Positions 24,589-32,499 of a stretch of DNA of 45,603 nucleotides are shown here, piece by piece. Position 1 is the first letter of the stretch; every line of letters starts with the position of its first letter. The DNA is from Methanomicrobiales archaeon. GTDB lineage: Archaea > Halobacteriota > Methanomicrobia > Methanomicrobiales > JACTUA01. A program made the translations under genes and the position numbers. The DNA lies in the NCBI GenBank assembly GCA_028678905.1, contig JAJRCO010000019.1, forward strand, positions 1 through 45,603, given 5' to 3'. The notes under the pieces were generated by a model, which searched no databases, was not told the DNA's origin, and was given only the letters and a program-made list of their open reading frames with translations.

Positions 24589-25692
24589 ATGACAGAACGA
24601 GTTACTATTCCACTCGCAACCCCCGGAAGCAGGCACGGATATGTACCCACCTTAGTATCCTGGAACGTCACCTTCCGCTGCAACCTGCGCTGTGTCCATT
24701 GTTACCTCGATGCGGGCACTCCGGGCAGGGGAGACGAACTTTCCTACGAGGAGGGAATATCCCTCATCGATGCGTTAACCCGGGCAGGCACTCGCATCCT
24801 GATCCTTTCGGGAGGTGAACCCCTCCTGCGGGACGATCTCTTTGACCTCGCCCACTACGGGACGAAAAAGGGACTGCATCTAGCGATGGGAACCAACGGG
24901 ACCCTGATCAACGAGGAGGTGGCGTACGCGCTGAAAGAGGTCGGTATCCGCAAAGTGGCCATCAGTCTGGACTCCGTCCGTCCTGCTGATCATGATCGCT
25001 TCCGGGGCAGGACCGGAGCCTGGGAGAAGGCAATTCAGGGCATCAAGGCCTGCCGAGAAGCGGGAGTACCAGTCCAGATCCACGCCACGGTTACCCCGTT
25101 CAACCACACCGAAATCGAATCCATCCTGGCCTTTGGGGAACAGCTCGGGGCTCGTGACTTCCAACTCTTTTTTCTCGTTCCTGCCGGGCGGGGAAGAGGA
25201 GTTGGCGATATTGTTCCGGACCAGTACGAAGGCATGATCCGGGCCGTACTCCAGTACACCGCCGGCAAGGCTATCTCGGTTCGGCCCACCTGCGCACCCC
25301 AGTTCATCCGCATCGCACGCCAGATAGGTGCGCCAACCGAACCGGGCACTCGGGGATGCATGGCCGGTCTGACGTACTGCCGCATTTACCCCAGCGGGGA
25401 GGTGACCCCCTGCCCCTATCTGCCGGTTCGGCTTGCCTCCGTACGGGAGCAGCCCTTCCAGGAGATCTGGGATGATGCGCCGGTATTGCGGGAATTACGG
25501 GATTTCCGGCTGCTGGAGGGCCGGTGCGGGAAGTGTGCGTACGCAGAGGTGTGCCGGGGTTGCCGGGCCCGGGCGTTTGGGGCGAGCCTTTCGCACCACG
25601 ATTCCTGCGGCGTTCTGCTGAGACCCAGTGAGGCAGCGGGGAATTACCTGGCTGAGGATCCCTCCTGCCTGTATCAGCCGGAGGCGGTATGA
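24589..25692 (+). CDS. ahbC: Radical SAM/SPASM protein, AhbC-like (Fe-coproporphyrin III synthase, NirJ family)
   Basis: 367 aa with the CNLRCVHCY radical-SAM cluster, ILSGGEPLL, and a C-terminal Cys-rich SPASM-like region (CGKCAYAEVCRGCRARA). It is translationally coupled (ATGA) to ahbA. The AhbC versus AhbD assignment is tentative. Confidence 0.65.
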   Translation: MTERVTIPLATPGSRHGYVPTLVSWNVTFRCNLRCVHCYLDAGTPGRGDELSYEEGISLIDALTRAGTRILILSGGEPLLRDDLFDLAHYGTKKGLHLAMGTNGTLINEEVAYALKEVGIRKVAISLDSVRPADHDRFRGRTGAWEKAIQGIKACREAGVPVQIHATVTPFNHTEIESILAFGEQLGARDFQLFFLVPAGRGRGVGDIVPDQYEGMIRAVLQYTAGKAISVRPTCAPQFIRIARQIGAPTEPGTRGCMAGLTYCRIYPSGEVTPCPYLPVRLASVREQPFQEIWDDAPVLRELRDFRLLEGRCGKCAYAEVCRGCRARAFGASLSHHDSCGVLLRPSEAAGNYLAEDPSCLYQPEAV

Positions 25693-26183
25693 ACTATCGC
25701 CCAGATGCCCTGGACCGAGCCCTGTTAGATCGAATGCAGAATGGAATACCCCTGACCGAGAAGGTTTGGGATTCTATTGGGGGAGAGGTAGGTATCACGG
25801 GATCCGAGGTCCTCCAACGGATACGCCGGCTTCGCGCCGCGCACATCCTTCGTGGCATCGGGCCGGTAATCGAACCCGGTGAGGTGGGACTGGGAGCATC
25901 CTCTCTCATTGCTCTCCGGGTGGCACCAGAGCGGATCCAGACAGTCGCCGCTATCATCAATGCATATGAGGAAGTCTCCCACAACTACCAGAGAGATCAT
26001 ACCTACAACCTCTGGTTTACTCTTACTGCCTCTTCACCTCAGGAACTCACCAGGGTTCGCGAGGAGATATGCAGGCGGGCCGGACTGGAGAGAGAAGATG
26101 TCCTGGATCTTCCCCGCAGAAAAAGATTCAAAATCAACGTTCGTTTCCGCATCGGCGGGAACGGCGCGAGGAGGAGCCGATGA
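25689..26183 (+). CDS. ahbA: Siroheme decarboxylase subunit (AsnC/Lrp-like, AhbA/NirD-L type)
   Basis: 164 aa: LDRALLDRMQNGIPLTEKVWDSIGGEVGITGSEVLQRIRRL...VSHNYQR. This shows the HTH_AsnC plus NirD/L/G/H fold pattern. Confidence 0.75.
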   Translation: MNYRPDALDRALLDRMQNGIPLTEKVWDSIGGEVGITGSEVLQRIRRLRAAHILRGIGPVIEPGEVGLGASSLIALRVAPERIQTVAAIINAYEEVSHNYQRDHTYNLWFTLTASSPQELTRVREEICRRAGLEREDVLDLPRRKRFKINVRFRIGGNGARRSR

Positions 26184-26665
26184 TAGACCGAACAGAACAG
26201 GCGGTGCTCCACGCCCTGCAGCAGGGAATACCCCTGGTTGAAGATCCATACGGCGAAATGGCGAAGACCATCGGTATAGAACGTGACAAACTGCTCTCCT
26301 GCATCCAGTCTCTGCTTGACCGCGGGATCATCCGCCGGTTCGCGGCCCGTATCAACCAGCGGGAGCTAGGCATCCAGGTGAATGCCATGGTAGCCTGGAA
26401 GGTTCCCCCGGAACGGGTCGAAGAAATCGGCCGCATCATGGCCACCCATCCGGAAGTGACCCACTGTTATGAGCGGGCGATCGTTCCCCAGCGGTGGGAG
26501 TACAACCTCTATATCGTTTTGCACGGATATGATCCGAACACCGTGGAACAGTACATCGATGAACTCGCTTCCGCCACCGGCATCTCCGAGAAGGTTGTGC
26601 TCTTCAGTACAGAGGAATACAAGAGGGCGCCCGCCGGGCGGGTCGGGGAGGTCATAGATTCGTGA
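26180..26665 (+). CDS. ahbB: Siroheme decarboxylase subunit (AhbB/NirG-H type)
   Basis: The internal ATG at 26180 makes an ATGA overlap with ahbA. The sequence is MIDRTEQAVLHALQQGIPLVEDPYGEMAKTIGIERDKLLSCIQSLLDRGIIRRF...VTHCYER, a paralogue of the preceding gene. Confidence 0.75.
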   Translation: MIDRTEQAVLHALQQGIPLVEDPYGEMAKTIGIERDKLLSCIQSLLDRGIIRRFAARINQRELGIQVNAMVAWKVPPERVEEIGRIMATHPEVTHCYERAIVPQRWEYNLYIVLHGYDPNTVEQYIDELASATGISEKVVLFSTEEYKRAPAGRVGEVIDS

Positions 26666-27837
26666 TCCGCCTCAGCAGAATCATTCACGGGAGACGAACC
26701 ATTGGCGATTTGATCAAGCAGAGAACCAAACCGGGCGGTGAGATAACCGGGAAGTATCTGGCTTTTTCGGAAATGAAGAACCCGGTCATATTCTGGAATA
26801 TCACCGGTCAGTGCAACCTGGCCTGCTCCCACTGTTATCTAGGGGCAGGTGATAAGAGTTGGGACGAGCTCTCTACGAGCGAGTGCTGCGCGCTCATTGA
26901 CGATCTGAGTGCGGCACATGTCCCCCTTCTCATCATTTCAGGTGGCGAGCCGCTGGTCCGCGGGGACCTCTGGGAGATCCTCGCCCATGCTCAGGAAAAA
27001 GGGATAAAGACCGCACTGTCCAGCAATGGCACCCTCATCGATAGGGACATCGCGGGGCGGCTGCGGGAGGCGGGGGTGGAGTATGTCGGAATCTCACTGG
27101 ATGGGGCTACGGCGGCCACCCACGACCGCATCCGTGGAATCCCGGGCAGTTTTGAACAGTCACTGGAGGGATTGCGATCCTGTGTGTCCGCAGAGATCCC
27201 CTGCGGGATTCGGATGACGGTGACCAGAGAGAATCAGCATGAGGTGTCTCCTCTGATCGATCTGGCTCTCTGCCTCTCGGTACCCCGGTTCTGTCTCTAC
27301 TGGCTGGTTCCCAGCGGGAGGGGTTCTGCGGCGTACCGAAAGAAGCAGATCACTGCGGAAGCAGCGACCCAGATCCTTGGAGAACTCTGCTCCCGTGCCC
27401 GGGAGATCGATCCCGAAATCCTGGAGATCCTCACCGTAGATGCCCCTCAGGACAGTATTCATCTGCTCTCCTTCCTGGAGCATGAGCACTCCCCTGGCTG
27501 CGGCCATGCAGCTGCCCTGCTCTGCCGCCAGGGATGCAGCTGCAGTGCCGGGGAACGGATTGCCAATATCGATCCGGGGGGAGACCTGTATCCCTGCCAG
27601 TTCGCTCAAACGCCTGAATTCCTCCTGGGGAATGTGCGGAAGACCCCTTTTTCCGTCCTCTGGGAGGGAAGGGGGAACTCTTCCCGATCCTTCACCGGTC
27701 CCGCCGGCGATGGCTGCACCACCTGTCTTTCCTACGAATACTGCCGGGGAGGATGTCGTATTCGCGCCCGTTTCTCCCATAACGGACTGGGGGCTGATGA
27801 TCCGCTCTGCATCCTGGCCAGAAGGAGGACACGGTAA
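26662..27837 (+). CDS. ahbD: Radical SAM/SPASM protein, AhbD-like (heme b synthase)
   Basis: 391 aa with a GTG start that overlaps the ahbB stop (GTGA). The N-terminus IRLSRIIHGRRTIGDLI...LAFSEMKNPVIFWNITGQCNLACSHCY resembles the remembered Desulfovibrio AhbD N-terminus. The C-terminus is Cys-rich (CTTCLSYEYCRGGCRIRA). Confidence 0.65.
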   Translation: MIRLSRIIHGRRTIGDLIKQRTKPGGEITGKYLAFSEMKNPVIFWNITGQCNLACSHCYLGAGDKSWDELSTSECCALIDDLSAAHVPLLIISGGEPLVRGDLWEILAHAQEKGIKTALSSNGTLIDRDIAGRLREAGVEYVGISLDGATAATHDRIRGIPGSFEQSLEGLRSCVSAEIPCGIRMTVTRENQHEVSPLIDLALCLSVPRFCLYWLVPSGRGSAAYRKKQITAEAATQILGELCSRAREIDPEILEILTVDAPQDSIHLLSFLEHEHSPGCGHAAALLCRQGCSCSAGERIANIDPGGDLYPCQFAQTPEFLLGNVRKTPFSVLWEGRGNSSRSFTGPAGDGCTTCLSYEYCRGGCRIRARFSHNGLGADDPLCILARRRTR

Positions 27838-27873
27838 GGTTTATGTAGATGTAACAGTATTGTGTGCCCTCAT

Positions 27874-28359
27874 ATGACAAAAGTAATCCTGTATCTGGTA
27901 TTAGCTGTCGTTCTTTTCGGGGTATGTATCGCGGGATGTGCGGCGCCTCCCGGCCCAACTCCTACCCCGACACCGACCACCGCGCCTCCCACCACCACAG
28001 TTCCATCCACTACCACGGTTCCTTCCACTACCACCGTGCCTCCCACTACGACTCCCCCCTCCGGTGGCACCGTGGACGTTTACCTCCAGGCAAAAAACAC
28101 CGCATTTAACAAGAGCACCATTTCCGTTCCCGCGGGGTCAACGGTAAATGTTCACTTCGACAACCAGGACCAGGGGGTTCCCCACAACTTCGCGGTCTAC
28201 ACCAACTCGCAGGCGACCACCAAGATCTTCGGCGGCACCATCATTACCGGGGTCTCACAAACCATCTATACCTTCACCGCTCCTTCATCAACTGGCAATT
28301 ACTTCTTCCGCTGCGATGTGCATCCCTCGGTGATGACCGGGACCTTCACCGTAACCTGA
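27874..28359 (+). CDS. Cupredoxin (type-1 blue copper) lipobox protein with Thr/Pro-rich linker
   Basis: The signal is MTKVILYLVLAVVLFGVCIAGC, followed by a P/T linker and a cupredoxin domain. Candidate T1Cu ligands are His in GVPHNF and C-x2-H-x3-M in FFRCDVHPSVM. An alternative ATG lies at 27862. Confidence 0.75.
   Translation: MTKVILYLVLAVVLFGVCIAGCAAPPGPTPTPTPTTAPPTTTVPSTTTVPSTTTVPPTTTPPSGGTVDVYLQAKNTAFNKSTISVPAGSTVNVHFDNQDQGVPHNFAVYTNSQATTKIFGGTIITGVSQTIYTFTAPSSTGNYFFRCDVHPSVMTGTFTVT
27991..28059 (+). repeat. In-frame 18-bp tandem repeat (about 3.8 units) encoding TTTVPS
   Basis: The units are accaccacagttccatcc, actaccacggttccttcc, actaccaccgtgcctccc and actacgactcccccc, lying inside the cupredoxin linker. 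They differ mainly at synonymous positions. Confidence 0.8.
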
Positions 28360-28608
28360 CCACTCCCCATTTTCCTGATCCGATCCGCCACTGATGCCAC
28401 AGTATTCACTACGGGAGGAATTCGTTATCGAACCCCAATTTGAATACATTGGGTGGTCCTGCGGGCTTGCGGATGCCGGTACCCATAGCCTTGCCCTTCA
28501 CGAATAACCGGAAACTGTCGTCTTAGTGGACGCCGAAAGGAGAGAGATTTCCCCGGCGGTGGCTCCAAACCCGCCTCCATCCATTCCCCCCTCCTATACC
28601 GATGCAGA

Positions 28609-28620
28609 TTTATATAATAA
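28609..28620 (+). promoter_or_regulatory. Candidate TATA box for the OFOR operon
   Basis: tttatataataa lies 23-34 nt upstream of the ATG at 28643, which implies a leaderless or near-leaderless mRNA. Confidence 0.45.
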
Positions 28621-28642
28621 GAGTGGTTAGAGGACGGATCAT

Positions 28643-30298
28643 ATGAACGATTTTTCCGTCCTCATAGGGGGAAAGGCGGGGGAGGGTCTGAATAAAGCGG
28701 GACAGATCCTCGCCCACCTCATGGGACGCCTGGGGTACCGTGTCTATATGTATTACGATTATCCCTCATTGATCCGGGGAGGGCACAATTTCAGTGTGAT
28801 CCGGGGGTCGGAGCAGAAGATCGCGGGTCATCGGGCCGGAATGGATATAGTCCTTGCGCTGAACCAGGATACTGTCGATTTCCATAGGGATAAGATTTTG
28901 CCCGGAGGACTGCTGATCTACGATGCATACTATGCGAAAGGAGAGGGCATGGCCATCCCTCTTAAACAGATCATTGAGCAGAACAAGGCACCGTCTATCA
29001 CCGCGAATTCCGGCATTATTGGGGCGTTCTGCAAAGCGGTAGGGATCGAGTGGGGAATCCTGGAAGAGGTGCTGCACAGAGATATCCCCCCCAAAGTGCT
29101 GGAAATCAACCTCGCGGTGGCCAGAGGTGGATTCGATGCAGCCCAGGAGCATCAGAAACTCCACGATCTCGGCCGTTCCGCCCTTCCTTTCATAACTGGC
29201 AACGAGGCGATCGGTCTAGGGCTGATCCAGGGAGGGCTTACCACCTGGGTCGCTTATCCCATGACCCCCTCCTCCTCGCTCCTTCATTTTCTTGCGGAAA
29301 TGTCGGATAAGGTAGGGCTGAAGGTGATTCATCCCGAAAATGAGATCGCAGTGATGAACATGGCGCTTGGCTTTGCAGCGGCGGGCGAGAGAGTCGGGGT
29401 CGGCACCTCCGGGGGTGGGTTCTGCCTGATGTCGGAGGGGTTGAGCCTCGCCGGCATGTCCGAGACGCCGATTGTGATCATGATGGGGCAGCGCACCGGA
29501 CCGAGTACCGGTCTCCCCACCTATACCGGTCAGACAGAGTACCATTTCCTGCGTCACGCCGGCCAGGGGGAATTTTCCCGGTTCATCGTGGCGCCGGGCG
29601 ACGCGAACGAAGCCTTCTACTGGTCCACCGTCGCCCTGAACCTGGCCTGGAAGTTCCAGATCCCGGCGTTTATTCTCACCGATAAGACTCTCTCTGAGGG
29701 AGGGTACAGCTTCACGATCGATGAGATCCGCAAGGTACCGGTCGAAGATTCTCCCCGCTGGGACGGAACCCTTCCCTACCGGCGTTATGCCTTCACCGAA
29801 TCAGGAGTGTCCCCCCTCACAGAATACGGCAGGGAAAAGGCAGTGGTGAAGGTGAACGGGTACTACCATGACCCGCGGGGGATCACCACCGAGGATCCGG
29901 GAATCGTCGCACCTATGCAGGAGAAACTGCTGCGCAAGCTACAGGGGCTGGACCAGGAGCTGGTCAGCTACGATACGGTAAACCAATCCGGTTCCTCAGG
30001 GGCAGTGGTTGCCCTCGTATGCTGGGGCTCGAACAAAGGAGTATGCCAGGAGGTGGCGGAACATCTGGGCCTGCGGATGGTGCAGCCGGTGGTGCTCTGG
30101 CCGTTTCCGGTCGATTCCCTGAGGAGGGCGCTGGAAGGAACGAGCCGGGTGATACTCGTGGAGAACAACGCCACCGGGCAGCTCGCCGCGATGATGCGCC
30201 AGTACGGGTTTGCCGTTCACGAGCAGATCCACAAATATGACGGCCGGCCGTTTACGGTGGAGGAACTGGAGAACCGGGTGAAGGGGGTGCTGCCATGA
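28643..30298 (+). CDS. 2-oxoacid:ferredoxin (acceptor) oxidoreductase alpha subunit with fused N-terminal gamma domain
   Basis: 551 aa. The N-terminus (VLIGGKAGEGLNKAGQILA...) is gamma-like. It is followed by ITGNEAIGLGLIQGG...AYPMTPSS, which is alpha-like. This matches the TIGR03710-type architecture as remembered. Confidence 0.8.
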   Translation: MNDFSVLIGGKAGEGLNKAGQILAHLMGRLGYRVYMYYDYPSLIRGGHNFSVIRGSEQKIAGHRAGMDIVLALNQDTVDFHRDKILPGGLLIYDAYYAKGEGMAIPLKQIIEQNKAPSITANSGIIGAFCKAVGIEWGILEEVLHRDIPPKVLEINLAVARGGFDAAQEHQKLHDLGRSALPFITGNEAIGLGLIQGGLTTWVAYPMTPSSSLLHFLAEMSDKVGLKVIHPENEIAVMNMALGFAAAGERVGVGTSGGGFCLMSEGLSLAGMSETPIVIMMGQRTGPSTGLPTYTGQTEYHFLRHAGQGEFSRFIVAPGDANEAFYWSTVALNLAWKFQIPAFILTDKTLSEGGYSFTIDEIRKVPVEDSPRWDGTLPYRRYAFTESGVSPLTEYGREKAVVKVNGYYHDPRGITTEDPGIVAPMQEKLLRKLQGLDQELVSYDTVNQSGSSGAVVALVCWGSNKGVCQEVAEHLGLRMVQPVVLWPFPVDSLRRALEGTSRVILVENNATGQLAAMMRQYGFAVHEQIHKYDGRPFTVEELENRVKGVLP

Positions 30299-31146
30299 CC
30301 GAACGCCCGCTGATCACCGATGCACCAAATACCTGGTGCCCGGGGTGCGGTAACTTTGCCCTTGAATACGCATTCCGCGATGTGTTCCAGGAACTGCAGA
30401 AAGAGGGAATATCCCTCGAAAAGTTTGTGCTCGTCACCGGTATCGGGTGCCATGCCAAGATCGCCGATTACCTGGACGTGAACAGCTTCTACGCCATCCA
30501 CGGGAGAGCAATCCCGGTCGCCACCGGCATCAAGATTGCCCGGCCCGACCTCCATGTCATCTGCTGTGTCGGTGACGGCGATGCCTATGCCGAGGGGCTT
30601 GATCACCTCATCTTCGGGGCTAAACGCAACATTGACATCACGGTGGTGGTACACAACAACCGGGTGTACGGGCTCACCACCGGACAGTACACCCCCACCT
30701 CTCCTCTGGGATTTAAAGGACGTTCCACACCGGCCGGGACGTTGGAATATCCCTTGAACCCCCTGGAACTGATGCTCACTAGCGGGGCCACCTATATCGG
30801 GCGTGGTTACACCAAGAACCTTAAACTGCTCCGCCCCCTGCTGAAGGACGCGATCTTGCACAAGGGATTCTCTTTCCTGGATGTTCTCCAGATCTGCGCC
30901 ACCTACTATGACGTCCATTCGATGTACGATTCGCTGGTGTATGAGGTAAAGGAGCAGCCGGGAGAATCCTACGAAGAGGTGATCAAGAGGCTGCGGGAGT
31001 GGGATTACAACAACAAAGCACCAATCGGCCTGGGCACGTACTATCGCAAAGAAGCACCCACATTCAATGACCGGATCACGGTGATGAAGGTCTCAGACCG
31101 GGAACGGGAAGAGATCATCCGCCGGGTGCTGGAAGAGCATCTCTGA
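30295..31146 (+). CDS. 2-oxoacid:ferredoxin oxidoreductase beta (TPP-binding) subunit
   Basis: 283 aa with WCPGCGNF, the GDGDAYAEG TPP motif, and NNRVYGLTTGQ. There is a 4-nt overlap with the alpha subunit. Confidence 0.85.
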   Translation: MTERPLITDAPNTWCPGCGNFALEYAFRDVFQELQKEGISLEKFVLVTGIGCHAKIADYLDVNSFYAIHGRAIPVATGIKIARPDLHVICCVGDGDAYAEGLDHLIFGAKRNIDITVVVHNNRVYGLTTGQYTPTSPLGFKGRSTPAGTLEYPLNPLELMLTSGATYIGRGYTKNLKLLRPLLKDAILHKGFSFLDVLQICATYYDVHSMYDSLVYEVKEQPGESYEEVIKRLREWDYNNKAPIGLGTYYRKEAPTFNDRITVMKVSDREREEIIRRVLEEHL

Positions 31147-31206
31147 TGTGGCAGGATGAGAGAAATCCTTAAAACCTACCTTTTCCTTTACACAATGGTG
31201 ATGCCC

Positions 31207-31695
31207 ATGATGAAAGAGAACGTTCAGGACGCCTTAAACAAGCAGATGAACCGGGAATTCTATTCCTCGTATCTGTACCTCTCCATGTCCGCGTATTTCG
31301 AATCGCTCGCTCTTCGCGGCTTTGCCAAATGGATGGCAATCCAGGCAAAAGAAGAGTGGGAGCACGGTATGAAATTCTACAAGCACCTGGGAGAGAGAGG
31401 AGCTGCCGTCAAACTCGCTGCTATCGATGCTCCGCCTTTGAAATGGGATTCTCCCCTGAAGGCCTTCGAGGAGACCTACAAGCACGAACAGAAAGTGACC
31501 GCCTGGATCGGGGAGCTGGTGAACCTCTCTGTGAAAGAGCAGGATCATGCGACCAACAACATGCTCCAGTGGTTTGTCAAGGAGCAGGTGGAAGAAGAGG
31601 TACAGACGAACACTATCGTGCTGCAACTGCGCATGATCGGATCGGATGGTCCCGCTCTTCTGATGTTCGATCACGGCCTCGGAAAGAGAGAATAA
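31207..31695 (+). CDS. Ferritin
   Basis: MMKENVQDALNKQMNREFYSSYLYLSMSAYFE...EEWEHGMKFYKHL...HEQKVT...EQVEEE shows the ferroxidase di-iron ligand pattern. The start is chosen among clustered ATGs (31195-31210); the track ORF begins at 31156. Confidence 0.85.
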   Translation: MMKENVQDALNKQMNREFYSSYLYLSMSAYFESLALRGFAKWMAIQAKEEWEHGMKFYKHLGERGAAVKLAAIDAPPLKWDSPLKAFEETYKHEQKVTAWIGELVNLSVKEQDHATNNMLQWFVKEQVEEEVQTNTIVLQLRMIGSDGPALLMFDHGLGKRE

Positions 31696-31707
31696 TTCAA
31701 GGATACC

Positions 31708-31722
31708 TTTTTTTTTATTTTT
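31708..31722 (+). terminator. Oligo-T terminator after the ferritin gene
   Basis: tttttttttattttt lies 13 nt after the stop codon. Confidence 0.55.
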
Positions 31723-32049
31723 CCGTCAGACCGATAGAGACCGATATCCTTCTCTTGCCCCTCGTTCACTGGACGGAACCTTCACCCGGAATGGATCTTT
31801 CGGCTGACGGGTAAAGACAGGGAAGAAACACGGAAAAAGTCCGGATTACGGCAGTCGGAATCACCTGGCAAAAAAATATCTCGTGGGTCAAATCTCCCAT
31901 TAAAATCTTCCGATTTGGCATTCACACCGGTATAACCTATACTTTTAATAGATGATCCAACCTATTACCAAACGCAATTTGTTCCGGCGATATTCACGTC
32001 TCTGGAATGGTCCGGCATCACGTACCGGGCGAGGAAAGGAGTTCTAATC

Positions 32050-32499
32050 ATGACTGTACGGGTGAACGCACGTCATATCATCTGCCCCGGCTGCCTGGAG
32101 AAAGTCTTCGTCGATGAGCTGGTAGGTGGTCACTGCCCCCTGTGCGGATGTGTGATGGAAGAAGATGAAGAGGCCCAGGAGTTTGAAGAGGTCATCGAGC
32201 GTTCCGACCTCGCCTGGATTATTTTCCATTACTTCGTCTTCCGGAAATTCGATGCACTGGGCGTGAACCCGGTCCAGATCATGCAGCTCATCTCCCAGAT
32301 TGAGGAATGTGGCACTACGTACCCCAACCCGCAGAAAATGGAGTACCAGCTCGAGGTACCTATGGGATGGATGGAAGCGCTTCTGCCCAAGCGGTGCACC
32401 AATTGCCGGTCCTTCTTCGTCCGCGGAGGGAAGAAGATCATCCGTGGAAACCTCAGCCAGCCGGGATTCCGGACCGAGTACCACTGTCCGGCCTGCTGA
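32050..32499 (+). CDS. Hypothetical double zinc-ribbon protein
   Basis: 149 aa. The N-terminus has CPGC-x13-CPLC and the C-terminus has CTNC-x30-CPAC. An RBS-like ggaaaggag lies upstream. An antisense ORF of equal length exists but has no motifs. Confidence 0.5.
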   Translation: MTVRVNARHIICPGCLEKVFVDELVGGHCPLCGCVMEEDEEAQEFEEVIERSDLAWIIFHYFVFRKFDALGVNPVQIMQLISQIEECGTTYPNPQKMEYQLEVPMGWMEALLPKRCTNCRSFFVRGGKKIIRGNLSQPGFRTEYHCPAC

